Origin: a virus
Lineage: Duplodnaviria; Caudoviricetes
Reading direction: 5' to 3' (one strand)
IMG/VR virus record: IMGVR_UViG_3300021431_000076
Span: 128,001 to 192,000 of that record
Length of the DNA stretch: 64,000 nucleotides
Under the pieces are notes generated by a model. It was not told the DNA's origin and made no database searches. It saw only the letters and a list, made by a program, of their open reading frames with translations. Positions 28,635 through 40,014 of the stretch are shown here, piece after piece (the stretch's first letter is position 1; each line of letters begins with the position of its first letter). Position numbers and translations under genes: made by a program.

Positions 28635-31600
28635 ATGAATATATTTGGCAGATTCTTATTACAACTAAACTTTGATTCTAATGGGTGTACTGATACAAGA
28701 GTTGCTAATGTAGGAGAAGTAAACTTTGAAACAGAATCTGCTATTAAAAGAGATCAAGGAAGATCTGCATATTTTCCTCCATATTCTAATGCAGGACTAA
28801 GATTTACAGATTCTACCAATAGTATCAAGTCTCTATTAGAAGATCCTAATAAAGAATTTACTATCTATTTTAACTACAAGATCAATAGAAGATATATAAG
28901 AAGAGATATGACTATCCTTCCAATTATATCTTATAGGGTAGGGAATGATATCATACCTTGTGTTTATATAAATAAAGGAAAGAATCTAGTATTAGACTTA
29001 GAATTTGCTGATCAAAGGCTCAAATTCTATTCTAGAGATATATCTTATACATTGAATGATAGATGGCATAATATAGTAATCACTAGGATAAGAAATACAT
29101 ATGCAATATATGTAGATGGTGTAAAGAATACAGAGTCTATAAACTACAATGGAGTTAAGTTTGGTGAACTATATGTAGGATTATATAGACTAACCTCTTC
29201 TAATATAGCCAAAACTTTTCATAATGGATGCTTAGATGATATATGTATAACAGATAAGGTTAATTATTTCGAAAACTTTGTTCCTCCAACTCTATATTGG
29301 AAAGGTTATGACTCAATAGATAACTTTCCTTATCATAGTATGCATAATATAAACAATCTAGATCCAGATTTAGCATTCCAAATGGAAAAGAATAGAGAAC
29401 ATACTGTACAGCAGATTATAAGAAATCAAGCAGGAAATATACCATATAGAATGAAGATAGAATGGTATACAGATAATGAATATTTCATTAATGATACAGA
29501 ATTGGTTAGAGTTAGAGATGATAAGAGGACTTATACAGTTCTAAGAATTTTCATGGTAGAAAATCTTCATATGTTTGTAGATAATACAGAAAGATTTGGT
29601 GAATGGGATGCTTTTACTGAAGTATCTATCAAATACACTATGTGGCCATTTGTATTATTTATAAATAAGAAGTTCATTGCTCTTAGTAGAATAAGAATAA
29701 TCAAATCTGATCATTGGTATACATTTATTATTCAAGATCTTCCTGCTACTGTTAAAGTAACAGACGTAAAGATGCTATTCATTCCTTTCAGATGCCTATA
29801 TGAAGAATATAGAGGAGAAAGACCAGATAAGCAAGTCTTATATTCTTTTAAAGAGAATGGAAAATTTGCTACAGATGGAGCAGACTTCTATTATTATCTA
29901 GATGATATACGAAATCCTAATCTTAAATGTAGTGGTATAAGAAGAGAAGTTATACCAGATTCTATATTAAAATATGAACCTCCTGGAAGTGGACCAGTAG
30001 AAAGTACACAATTAATGCATTACTCTTGGAGATATGGAAACTTTGAGACTAAAAGAAATGATGGTACTTCTACATATGTATATTTTATGGCTTGGGATAA
30101 TGGTTTTATAAAACCAGGAGATGAAGTTCTATTATATGCTGGAACTACATTGATAGATAAGGTTCACTATAGAGTAGTAGGATATGACCTTTTAGAGTTC
30201 TTCAACTATTATACACTAGGAATAGAAAACAAACTAATCACTATGTGTATAATAACTGATAATAGAGAAAATGAGTGGTTATTCCAAGACTATACAGATA
30301 CAAAAGTGGTACAAGTAACAGCCACGCAAAATAATCAAAATGTATTCAAAATACCAGATGTAAGTGATGATATGAGTGTACAGTTTGACAAATTCTTACT
30401 ATTCAAAGGATCTGTATCTTTAGAGAACTATAAGAGGTATAAGATAAACTATGAAAACGGAACAGTAGTTTTACTACATCCATCAGATTGGATGGCTTTA
30501 GGAAGAAATCTAACTTTTGTATTCGTAAGATTACATAAAGGGGATGAATGGGGTCCATTCTGGATGAAACCTATATTCCAATATATAGAGATAGATGTTA
30601 CTGATTCTATAAATGGATTTACTTCTGCTAATCCTCTTAAATCATTTGATCTTCCTGATCCTCAAAAATATAAGTATACTATGAGCAATACTATGCTCTA
30701 TGTTCATGATACGTTTATTCCTCCTCAAAGATATAGAATAGTAAATAATAAAACTGTAGAATTTGTTCAACCTGGAGATGGATTGTTAGGATTTCCTAAT
30801 ATAACTATAGTTCTTATCAAGATGGCAACTCAGTTAGAGAAAGATACTGCTAGAAATAAGATGGTAATAGAGCAGTATAGAAAAGGAAAGAGATTTGTCC
30901 TAACAAATACTGGTATAGATAAGAAGAGAAAGATTACTCTAGAAAATATAACTGCATTTGATCAAAATGGAGAATATGTAGATGATCTAATGGGATATAT
31001 CTATAATATGAATGTAATCAAACAGTTATATACTTCTGATCCTATGAAAAGAGTAGTAGAGTCTATACAGATAATATATCACGATTGGTCTGCAGAAAAC
31101 TATTCTAATATAACTTTACCAGATAATGATAACTATATTAAAAACTATCTGTGTATGTTTACAGAGTTTGAAGAACTAGATAAACATTTTGATGAATTCA
31201 TATCTGAATATGAAGATAAATATAGAAAGTATTTCCCATGGGCTAGTCCTAAGATACAATACCAATATGGAGTTAATCTAGCCAAGGAATTACAATATCA
31301 GACGTATTATAATCAAGATAAGTTTGATGCAGTTTATGAACGTAAAAGAACTGTTACTAGGAAGACATTCAACAAAGATACTATGAATGCTGAACTCAAA
31401 TTAGTAAATGGAAGATATACTATGAGTATTCCTCAGAATACTAAATGGTTTATCAATAATATATATGATACATATTCTCTATTCTTTAGAAATGGATATC
31501 TCATAGACCATGAACAATCAGTAAAATATGTAGGTAATGAATGTAAACTAAGTTTACCTTCTAAACTTACTACATATGAATGGTTTGAATCTATTGATTG

Positions 31601-32006
31601 TCATAAACAATTAAATAGACTTGATCCAATACCTTATGGAATAAAGAACTTCAATCCTCCTGCTAGTATAAATTATATACCAAATCCTTATTCTCCATCT
31701 GGTACTAATATATATAAGGATATAAACATGACAGTCATTGTACAAGAACACCATTATCAAGATATACTCAATATATCTGTGAAAGTAGATTGGTTCTATA
31801 AAACCAATATTGCTATCAATGAATTACCACCTGATAGAATAAAAGATATAAGTATTAATCTACATACTTCTGCAGATTGGCAGAAAGATCCTCTTATGAC
31901 TATATCTATTACTACTTGGACAGATCCTCCTCCATATGTACCACCTGCTGGATGGAAAGGTCCAGAATACTATGATATCTATTGCAAAATTACTACAACT
32001 AAATAA
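28635..32006 (+). CDS. large virion/baseplate-associated protein with N-terminal LamG-like domain
   Basis: FTI.F, WHNIVITR, IYVDG and G.LDDICIT; repeated beta domains. Confidence 0.7.
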   Translation: MNIFGRFLLQLNFDSNGCTDTRVANVGEVNFETESAIKRDQGRSAYFPPYSNAGLRFTDSTNSIKSLLEDPNKEFTIYFNYKINRRYIRRDMTILPIISYRVGNDIIPCVYINKGKNLVLDLEFADQRLKFYSRDISYTLNDRWHNIVITRIRNTYAIYVDGVKNTESINYNGVKFGELYVGLYRLTSSNIAKTFHNGCLDDICITDKVNYFENFVPPTLYWKGYDSIDNFPYHSMHNINNLDPDLAFQMEKNREHTVQQIIRNQAGNIPYRMKIEWYTDNEYFINDTELVRVRDDKRTYTVLRIFMVENLHMFVDNTERFGEWDAFTEVSIKYTMWPFVLFINKKFIALSRIRIIKSDHWYTFIIQDLPATVKVTDVKMLFIPFRCLYEEYRGERPDKQVLYSFKENGKFATDGADFYYYLDDIRNPNLKCSGIRREVIPDSILKYEPPGSGPVESTQLMHYSWRYGNFETKRNDGTSTYVYFMAWDNGFIKPGDEVLLYAGTTLIDKVHYRVVGYDLLEFFNYYTLGIENKLITMCIITDNRENEWLFQDYTDTKVVQVTATQNNQNVFKIPDVSDDMSVQFDKFLLFKGSVSLENYKRYKINYENGTVVLLHPSDWMALGRNLTFVFVRLHKGDEWGPFWMKPIFQYIEIDVTDSINGFTSANPLKSFDLPDPQKYKYTMSNTMLYVHDTFIPPQRYRIVNNKTVEFVQPGDGLLGFPNITIVLIKMATQLEKDTARNKMVIEQYRKGKRFVLTNTGIDKKRKITLENITAFDQNGEYVDDLMGYIYNMNVIKQLYTSDPMKRVVESIQIIYHDWSAENYSNITLPDNDNYIKNYLCMFTEFEELDKHFDEFISEYEDKYRKYFPWASPKIQYQYGVNLAKELQYQTYYNQDKFDAVYERKRTVTRKTFNKDTMNAELKLVNGRYTMSIPQNTKWFINNIYDTYSLFFRNGYLIDHEQSVKYVGNECKLSLPSKLTTYEWFESIDCHKQLNRLDPIPYGIKNFNPPASINYIPNPYSPSGTNIYKDINMTVIVQEHHYQDILNISVKVDWFYKTNIAINELPPDRIKDISINLHTSADWQKDPLMTISITTWTDPPPYVPPAGWKGPEYYDIYCKITTTK

Positions 32007-32080
32007 GAACACATATAAATGGGATATGGGAATAATCCCATATCCCAAATTTTAGTAAAAGAAAGAGAAAGGAGAGAAAA

Positions 32081-33679
32081 ATGGGTACATTTTTTACTGC
32101 TGATGTAATAAATATGAAGGCACAATACGCCTCAAAATTAATCAGTTCTAGTCGGAATTATTCAATAGTTGTAATACCAAACCACTACTCCTATCATGAT
32201 GATGAATTAATATATAATAACACAGAAATTTATCAACCACATACTCATAGTAGTGTTAATATACCCAATATATATTTTTATATTGAAAAAGCTCCAAACT
32301 CTATTGAAGTGCCTACAGAGTTTTCGCCTTCAATTAAAACAATAAATTTTAACTCTAATGATAGAAAATTCATCAATATTCCTTTACCATATAATTTTAA
32401 TGATAGTAACATAACACAAATAGATACAAAATATAGCTCTTTATCAATATTAACAAATCCAATATTATCAACTAAAGATCCAAAGTATTTTGAAGATCAA
32501 TATTCTTTTCCAGTGAAGCATTTTAAGTTTTCATTAGAATTTGCAGTTTTAAATAGTACAAATTGGGTTAATACAAACTTATTTAAAATCAGCCAATTTA
32601 AATCACCTATTAATAACAATTTTGAATATATTAGTGGCATTTCTGCTTATTTGATAAAAGGAAAAATTTATTTTAATATAACATATTTTAATTCAAAATC
32701 ATTAACATATCAAGCTCAAAACACGATATTTGATTCAATAAGTAGTCAAAACGAATATATTGTTGGTATTACAATTGATACATGTAATTTAAATGGGGAG
32801 TGGTTTATTGAAATAGATGCCACAACAAGTACTAATGGTACATATTTTATAGGGAAGTCTGCATTGATTAAAGGATGTATTTCAGAATTTTCAGATGTTG
32901 ATAGAATTTCAGAATCAATATTAGAAAATAACAGATATTTTGATAACAAATTTTCATCACCTATTAATGAATTAGATGGTAATATTGATTATACGAATGC
33001 AATAAAATTATTTGACAATACTCCTTATATGAATTCAAATGAACCATTAGAAGGTGAAGAGTTATTAGAATCTGAAAGTATTGATCATGGTATTATATCT
33101 TCTTTACCAGTTACATATGGTATTGACAATATAGATGATTATATATATTTATCCATTGGGAGTGGAACAGATCCGAGTACGGTAAATCTTCCTTCAGTTA
33201 TTTATTCTAACACAGATTCTATATTCAGACCAAGATTCTTTTTAGTAACTTGTAATGATTATGAAGAAACTGTTGAAAGCAACTTGAAATGCATTCAATT
33301 AAATAAACTGGTATTTTATACTAGTAAATATAAGGAAGATATAGAACAAGATATATTGAATCCTATTACTATATCTATTCCTCAACAAATTATCCCAGTA
33401 GACCCATTCAATATATCTATTACTACTACTAGTAATCTTAAACCATTAGCAGAAGTAGAGGATTATATAAATAAAACCTATCTTGGTACTCAACAAGCAG
33501 CAGAAGATTTCCAGTTACTGATGAAAGTAACTAAAACTTCATATTGGCCTGTAGAATATACTATAGATACGGATTATCATATACATATTAAACCAGATCC
33601 TATGTATATAGGAGTTGAATTGTATGCTTGTACTAATAAGCAATTCTTATATTGTAAATATGACATGATGAATATATAA
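32081..33679 (+). CDS. putative virion protein
   Basis: AGGAG SD; lies in the structural block; DILNPITIS motif. Confidence 0.65.
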   Translation: MGTFFTADVINMKAQYASKLISSSRNYSIVVIPNHYSYHDDELIYNNTEIYQPHTHSSVNIPNIYFYIEKAPNSIEVPTEFSPSIKTINFNSNDRKFINIPLPYNFNDSNITQIDTKYSSLSILTNPILSTKDPKYFEDQYSFPVKHFKFSLEFAVLNSTNWVNTNLFKISQFKSPINNNFEYISGISAYLIKGKIYFNITYFNSKSLTYQAQNTIFDSISSQNEYIVGITIDTCNLNGEWFIEIDATTSTNGTYFIGKSALIKGCISEFSDVDRISESILENNRYFDNKFSSPINELDGNIDYTNAIKLFDNTPYMNSNEPLEGEELLESESIDHGIISSLPVTYGIDNIDDYIYLSIGSGTDPSTVNLPSVIYSNTDSIFRPRFFLVTCNDYEETVESNLKCIQLNKLVFYTSKYKEDIEQDILNPITISIPQQIIPVDPFNISITTTSNLKPLAEVEDYINKTYLGTQQAAEDFQLLMKVTKTSYWPVEYTIDTDYHIHIKPDPMYIGVELYACTNKQFLYCKYDMMNI

Positions 33680-33695
33680 GTGAGGAGGTGAGATA

Positions 33696-36527
33696 ATGAG
33701 TCTACGTACATTATTTTCTTTAGATAAAACATTTAATTTTGAAAATAACTCTAATTTATTGAGGTCGACAGATAATACCACCTCTCTAACTTCTTGGGGA
33801 GGATTTCCAAGCGATGGAGAATATTATGATAATATAAAACCAACACTAGTTCAAGCTTCCACATCAGAATTTAATTCTGGGAGTAATTCATTAAAAATGG
33901 ATACTGTCTGTGGCATATGGGGATATACCAGTGTTGATGGTACAATCATATATAGGTCTAATAATTATTCTCCTGGATTTACCAAATATAATTATTATTA
34001 TAGAAATGATGATAAAGCCTGGGCATATGAAGAACTTGATATATCCTTTGATATTAAAATAGATTATCATTCTTCATATGATGGAGCTATAGGTTTTTTT
34101 ACTCTAAGTGATAGCTATCTAACTTTAACAAGTGCAATACCAACATTAGTGCACTATCCTAATAAAGCTATTTTAAAGTCATTAGAATTAGTTTATGCTA
34201 AAAATAGTTCCGATTTTAGGATATTCATGTTATGTAATTTTTTCTTAAATTATTCAGGAACTGCAAAAAGTATAAATACAAGATTTGATCTATGTGGAGC
34301 TAGTGCAGTCAATTTAGGATCAAAGGCCAATATTAATATAAAAAGAAATCTTGATGATACTCTACAAATATTAATAAATTCCTCAGAAGTCATAAAATTT
34401 ACTGATATATATACTGGTCCTATTACATCTGATACAAATTTAGCTAATAGTATAGGACCATCTGTAAATAAAATGATAAAGAATAATCAATCATCTAATG
34501 ATAATGATTTAATAAAACCATTTTTACCAACTACAGCATACAAAAACCTAGTAAGTAATTTTACTAAAACTACTCCAAGCACTGAGACTAAAATATGGAA
34601 TAAAACTGGAAGTGGAAATTCTACTGTATTTACAGCAACAGATGGAACTGTAACTCTTAATGGAAAATCTCAATATACAACATATTTTACCAATTTAAAG
34701 AATAAATACTATCCTAATATTTATATAGATAATCTCAGAATGAAACAAACATTATATGGCGAAGAACTTCCTGTTGATATACTCAATCCAGTATCAGTAA
34801 CAGTAGAGCCTCTTCAAACAGATTTTTCTGAAGATTTAATGAACCCAGTATCAATTTCAGTAAAAGAAGATGTAGAAAAAGATTTATTTCCTGTTTCTGT
34901 AGATGCTGCCAAAGATTTAATTACAGACTTCAATACATCAATAGACGTAAAGAAAGATGTTTATTATGAAAAATTACCTATTTCTTTAGAAGTAAAATTG
35001 AATGAGTTAAATCAAGATTTGTTCAATATTGATTTTACTGTAAATGCTCCTGTGTATCAATTAGAACTAGGACCAGAATTTAGATCTGGATGGGATGATA
35101 GAAAGTATCTTATCTTTAGAAATGGTGCTCTGCTTCCTAAACAGACTTACAATATCATTATTCCATCTCCTTTTAATAACTACTTAAAGAAAATGATATA
35201 CTCTACAGTTCCCTTCTGGAAAGAAGATAGAATTGAAGTATTTTATATAGAGAATCAGCAAAACTTTGCTAATGTACCATTCAATAGAGAAGTTAGAGTT
35301 GGTAGTTATATATATTATGCTAAATCAGAGAATCAGAAACTTATTAAGATTCCTTATCCAAACTCTTCTTATAGAAGATCTGCTGATGCATTCTTATTAT
35401 TCAATGATTTAGGAGAACATCTAGATTATAGATATGACTACACTGTATCTGCTGATGGAAGATATGTTACTTTAACTGATGCTAATGCATTAGAAGAAGT
35501 AATGGTAAACTATGTAGTATTTACATTCTGTTATGTAGGTAATAGATCTATTAATGGTCAGGAAGAAGAAACTGATCCAACTGATACAGTAAATCTGTCT
35601 GAAATCAAATACTCTTATTCTTATTCTAATGATAATCCTACTGATACTAGTGGATTAGTTACATTCTCTCCAACATTTGCCGATTGGCCTAATATGATTA
35701 AAGAGAACTATATGTTATTTGGTGATACTGTATTCATAGATCAATCTAGATATGATGTGGTTTCTAACAATCAAATTCAGTTTATAGACACTAATGAAAA
35801 ATTTATAGCAAATCAAAGAAGATATGTAATGTGCATTCCTGTAAAGGATACTAAACCTCAAAAATTAGCATCTAACCAAACCAGATATGAGGTAGTATTG
35901 ATTCCAAATAATGGTTCTACTGATCAATCTATATTTACATTACAACCTCCTTCTAATGGTGATTGGTATCCATATTTATTATTCAGAGGATCTAGACTCA
36001 TGGATGTCAAGAATGAGTATACTTATGATGAGACCACTAAGGTTCTAAAAATAACTGATTCTTCATGCTATTTACAGCCAGGAAGAAATTTAACTGTAGT
36101 ATACTTCAATAAATCTTATACTGATCTCAAGAAAGAAAACATTTATATCAAAATGCAATTTAAAGCCAGCTCTACTGGAACAACCGAGATACCTAAATCA
36201 TTGTATCAGAATAATGGTAATATACAATTTGATTATACTAATCTCATTGTATTCCTTAATGGTGTATATCTAGAACCAGATAGATACACAATAGAACCAG
36301 GAAATTGGATTAAATTTAATCCTAATATCAGCATAGCTGGTTATGGTCCACAACCATACGAAACCAAAATGTTTACAGCAATATATTTACTGGAATATGT
36401 AGATCCAGATGCTAATGCTGAAGAATTTAATGATGAATATAGTCAAAAAGAAGTGGATCCTTCTGAAGATAATGATGAGACTAGATTTGAAGAAGTGTAT
36501 GTTTATGTGAAGAAAAAACCAGTTTAA
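33696..36527 (+). CDS. large putative virion protein
   Basis: GAGGAGG SD; C-terminal half shares (F)RNG/LFRG/FLNG..Y beta modules with 28635 and 36546. Confidence 0.7.
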   Translation: MSLRTLFSLDKTFNFENNSNLLRSTDNTTSLTSWGGFPSDGEYYDNIKPTLVQASTSEFNSGSNSLKMDTVCGIWGYTSVDGTIIYRSNNYSPGFTKYNYYYRNDDKAWAYEELDISFDIKIDYHSSYDGAIGFFTLSDSYLTLTSAIPTLVHYPNKAILKSLELVYAKNSSDFRIFMLCNFFLNYSGTAKSINTRFDLCGASAVNLGSKANINIKRNLDDTLQILINSSEVIKFTDIYTGPITSDTNLANSIGPSVNKMIKNNQSSNDNDLIKPFLPTTAYKNLVSNFTKTTPSTETKIWNKTGSGNSTVFTATDGTVTLNGKSQYTTYFTNLKNKYYPNIYIDNLRMKQTLYGEELPVDILNPVSVTVEPLQTDFSEDLMNPVSISVKEDVEKDLFPVSVDAAKDLITDFNTSIDVKKDVYYEKLPISLEVKLNELNQDLFNIDFTVNAPVYQLELGPEFRSGWDDRKYLIFRNGALLPKQTYNIIIPSPFNNYLKKMIYSTVPFWKEDRIEVFYIENQQNFANVPFNREVRVGSYIYYAKSENQKLIKIPYPNSSYRRSADAFLLFNDLGEHLDYRYDYTVSADGRYVTLTDANALEEVMVNYVVFTFCYVGNRSINGQEEETDPTDTVNLSEIKYSYSYSNDNPTDTSGLVTFSPTFADWPNMIKENYMLFGDTVFIDQSRYDVVSNNQIQFIDTNEKFIANQRRYVMCIPVKDTKPQKLASNQTRYEVVLIPNNGSTDQSIFTLQPPSNGDWYPYLLFRGSRLMDVKNEYTYDETTKVLKITDSSCYLQPGRNLTVVYFNKSYTDLKKENIYIKMQFKASSTGTTEIPKSLYQNNGNIQFDYTNLIVFLNGVYLEPDRYTIEPGNWIKFNPNISIAGYGPQPYETKMFTAIYLLEYVDPDANAEEFNDEYSQKEVDPSEDNDETRFEEVYVYVKKKPV

Positions 36528-36545
36528 AGGAGGTGAATCTTGTAA

Positions 36546-39500
36546 ATGATGATAGTAGTGCCTGTAAAGTATAAATCTATAAAAGACTTAAACGGATCTT
36601 TATTTATAATCCCTTCTTCTAATCTAGACGGTTGTTTAGAAATAAAATCACGGTCTGATCTAGATGGTTCTTTGTCAATAAAAACATATGAAAACTCAAT
36701 AGATTTAGATGGAACATTAAATATTATATATTATGATTTTTCAGATTTAGATGGTTCTTTTAAAATAGATTTAAAAACAAGAGAAGCTGATTTAAATGGA
36801 GCTATTTCTTTTACTGGATATACAGATTCATCTTATTTAAATGGATCTTTCTATATCTCAGAAAAGACATATCTGAATGCTGCCATAGTCATATCTCAAA
36901 ATATGGATTCTAATGATTTATCTGGTAAATTAGAAATTAATCATCATTCTGACTGTGTAGATTTAGAAGGATCTATAAATATTCCAGTTGAAAGACAAAG
37001 TTATATTAATGGTAGATTTGAAATAAATAGATATACTGGGATAATTCAAGATTTAGATGGCTCAATAACTGTAAAAACATTTTATAGATATCTCTATTTT
37101 GATGGTATGATCAATATACAATACTATTCAGATAGTGATAATCTTAATGGATCTTTATTTATTAACCAATCAAACGGAAATAATGATCTAGAATCTAGAC
37201 TAGAAATTTCTAGAATTATAGATGATATTGATCTCAATGGTTCTATTGATATACCTTTAGAAAGGCATATATACTTGCCTGGTAGTTTAAATATAAACTC
37301 AGACAACGATTCAACTGACTTTGAGGGTTCACTTGAAGTAGTATATAATAAATTCTTAAATGGTACCCTTTCAATAGATTCTTATGAAGAATCTGATGAT
37401 TTTGATGGTAAATTATTTATCTCTTTTGATAGGTCAGCAAATTTACCAGGTTTATTAGAAATAGACTATTTTTATCAATATGATGATTTTAAAGGTTCAT
37501 TAAATATTATCCATCATGCCGATATCAACGGTTCTTTAGAAATCAATTCTTATAAAGATATAAATACTGATCTAAATGGTGCATTAAAAGTAAGCCTAGA
37601 TACAAACAGACTAGATTTGAAAGCTAGAATCTATATACCTTTAGAAAGATCAAAAGAATTATCTGGTTCTATAAAAATTCCATATTATTCTAAGGATCAA
37701 ACTGATTTAGAAGGATCAATATATATACCTTCTAAAAAAGATATTGCTGGATCTTTGATAATCACTGGAGAAGAATCAGATCATGAAGATCTAAATGGTA
37801 CTATTAATATACCTAGTCTTAGAAATATAGATCTATATGGTAATTTAAAAATTCCTAAATACTATGAAAGAAAAGGCAAATTCCTAAATGGTTCATTAGT
37901 AATAAGATATTCTGATAATCGCAATGATATTGATGGTAAGCTACATATCTATATTAAAGATAATTTTGATTTAAATGGTACATTATCAATTAAGCAGATA
38001 TCAATAACAGATGTACCGATATCAGTAACTATTCCTAGACCACAAATTGATCTAGAAGGTCAATTAGCAATTAGATACCCATTTGAAAATACTTTATTAC
38101 GAGATATAGAAATAACAGTTCCTAATCCAGAAGTAGATCTAGATGGTAAACTAGAAATTGTATATCCATTTGAATATACTTTATTACGAGATATAGAAAT
38201 AACAGTTCCTAGACCACAAATTGATCTAGATGGTAGACTAACTATTAGTCGTCCATTTGAAGATATTTTATTTAAATATATTAAAGTTACCGTACCAAAT
38301 CCAGAAGTAGACTTAGAAGGTTCAATATTAGTTGTATACCCATTTGAAAATACTTTATTACGAGATATAGAAATAACAGTTCCTAAGCCAGAAGTAGATT
38401 TAGAAGGTCAATTAGCAATTAGATATCCATTTGAAATAGATTTAATATCAATAAGTGTAGGGGTTGCAGTCACTGTAAGACCAGAACAATACGAACCAAT
38501 TGTTGGTGATTATATAGTAGAAATACCATGGCCAAATCCTCAATTAACTAATGAAGCCTTTACAATGTATCAAGTTAAATATCCTCCTGGTCAAACACCA
38601 TTTAAAATGGATCTTACTCTATTTAGCACAGGTTCTCCAGATAATTTATTTATTCCTAGAAGATTCTATGAAAAATATGATGAAAATCATGTAATTGTAT
38701 CTAATGAACTAGATCTAAATGAAGGAGACGAAATAAGATTCCTCTTCTGTCATAATGATGGTAAATATCATGTACAAAAACTAGAGTTCTATTATAAAGC
38801 TCAAGGTAATGCATCTTATTACTACTTAGATATGGATTCACCATATAAGAAAAATATTAATAACAGTACAGCTAAGTTCTTAGTGTTTGTAAATAGAAGA
38901 CTAGTTGTTCCTTATAAAGATTATGTTATAGATGATGAATTGGGAAGATTGACTTTTGTTAATGATACCCTTGCTAAAAATCCAGAAGATAAAATAGACG
39001 TTGTATGTTTCTTTACTGGTATAGATGATACTGCAGTTGCAGATCTTCCTATGAGTGGATATATTTATCTAAAGAGAAATATGATAGATAGAAACTATAA
39101 TAACAATCTTATGGCTACATTTATCAATGGTAGATTGATTCGAAGAGATAAGATTCTCCATATTTCAAATAATATTTATAAGATTAAAGAAGATATCAAG
39201 TCTAGACATGATCTACAAATACTGAATATGAGCAACTGTATAGATTGTATGGTTCCTTTCTATAAGCAATCTTCAAAATTCCCATATACAAAAACTAGTA
39301 TGCTAGATAGTGGGCAACTTCTATTCAATAAACGTGCTAAATATATTGAATGGGAATTCCCAGTAAGTATAACTATACCTGCACTTGCTACATATGGAAG
39401 ACAACATTTAACTATGTATCATAATCCAGTATACTTTAGTCCAGAATTCTTATTAGAAAATAAGAATAACTATCTATCTATAGTTCATGTAGCATCTCCA

Positions 39501-39986
39501 GCAGATTTAAATTATACTCTTACTTTCTATGCTAATGATACTGATCCAAATCCATCTACAATGAATATTAAAGTAGAACTTCATTTAAAGACTCCATTTG
39601 AAGAGCAGAAAGAAGAATCTAGATCTCCAATTCTATTATGTGTATTACCAGCTCAAGTAACAGCAATTCATAGTGATTATTGCTATTGCTCTTTACAGAT
39701 AAAGCAGATTATCAATCTAGATTTTTGGAATAAACAATTCTTAGAATCTTGTGATGGCATAACAATAAGAATGGAACCTGGTGTTACTCATTATGAACAA
39801 CCGTCTGAAGTATACTTTAATATGCAAGCAAATCAATTTGAAGACTTTGAGAAAGAGCAAATAAGTGTATTTGAGTATAGAATATCTGATAGTTATGATG
39901 GTCTAGGGAATATTAATTATATTAAGCATATTACATTCAATCCAGAAGAGAGTAATAAAGCTAATATAAGAAATTCCTATGATTGA
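36546..39986 (+). CDS. large putative virion protein with DLxGxLxI repeats
   Basis: N-terminal half made of ~14-aa DLxG(S/T)LxI repeats, then ~29-aa repeats. Confidence 0.75.
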   Translation: MMIVVPVKYKSIKDLNGSLFIIPSSNLDGCLEIKSRSDLDGSLSIKTYENSIDLDGTLNIIYYDFSDLDGSFKIDLKTREADLNGAISFTGYTDSSYLNGSFYISEKTYLNAAIVISQNMDSNDLSGKLEINHHSDCVDLEGSINIPVERQSYINGRFEINRYTGIIQDLDGSITVKTFYRYLYFDGMINIQYYSDSDNLNGSLFINQSNGNNDLESRLEISRIIDDIDLNGSIDIPLERHIYLPGSLNINSDNDSTDFEGSLEVVYNKFLNGTLSIDSYEESDDFDGKLFISFDRSANLPGLLEIDYFYQYDDFKGSLNIIHHADINGSLEINSYKDINTDLNGALKVSLDTNRLDLKARIYIPLERSKELSGSIKIPYYSKDQTDLEGSIYIPSKKDIAGSLIITGEESDHEDLNGTINIPSLRNIDLYGNLKIPKYYERKGKFLNGSLVIRYSDNRNDIDGKLHIYIKDNFDLNGTLSIKQISITDVPISVTIPRPQIDLEGQLAIRYPFENTLLRDIEITVPNPEVDLDGKLEIVYPFEYTLLRDIEITVPRPQIDLDGRLTISRPFEDILFKYIKVTVPNPEVDLEGSILVVYPFENTLLRDIEITVPKPEVDLEGQLAIRYPFEIDLISISVGVAVTVRPEQYEPIVGDYIVEIPWPNPQLTNEAFTMYQVKYPPGQTPFKMDLTLFSTGSPDNLFIPRRFYEKYDENHVIVSNELDLNEGDEIRFLFCHNDGKYHVQKLEFYYKAQGNASYYYLDMDSPYKKNINNSTAKFLVFVNRRLVVPYKDYVIDDELGRLTFVNDTLAKNPEDKIDVVCFFTGIDDTAVADLPMSGYIYLKRNMIDRNYNNNLMATFINGRLIRRDKILHISNNIYKIKEDIKSRHDLQILNMSNCIDCMVPFYKQSSKFPYTKTSMLDSGQLLFNKRAKYIEWEFPVSITIPALATYGRQHLTMYHNPVYFSPEFLLENKNNYLSIVHVASPADLNYTLTFYANDTDPNPSTMNIKVELHLKTPFEEQKEESRSPILLCVLPAQVTAIHSDYCYCSLQIKQIINLDFWNKQFLESCDGITIRMEPGVTHYEQPSEVYFNMQANQFEDFEKEQISVFEYRISDSYDGLGNINYIKHITFNPEESNKANIRNSYD
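38025..38450 (+). repeat. ~5 x 87-bp coding tandem repeat
   Basis: P(N/R/K)P(E/Q)(V/I)DL(D/E)G.L.I.YPFE..LLRDIEITV units. Confidence 0.8.
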
Positions 39987-40014
39987 TAATAAGACTTAAG
40001 TGAGGTGATATATA

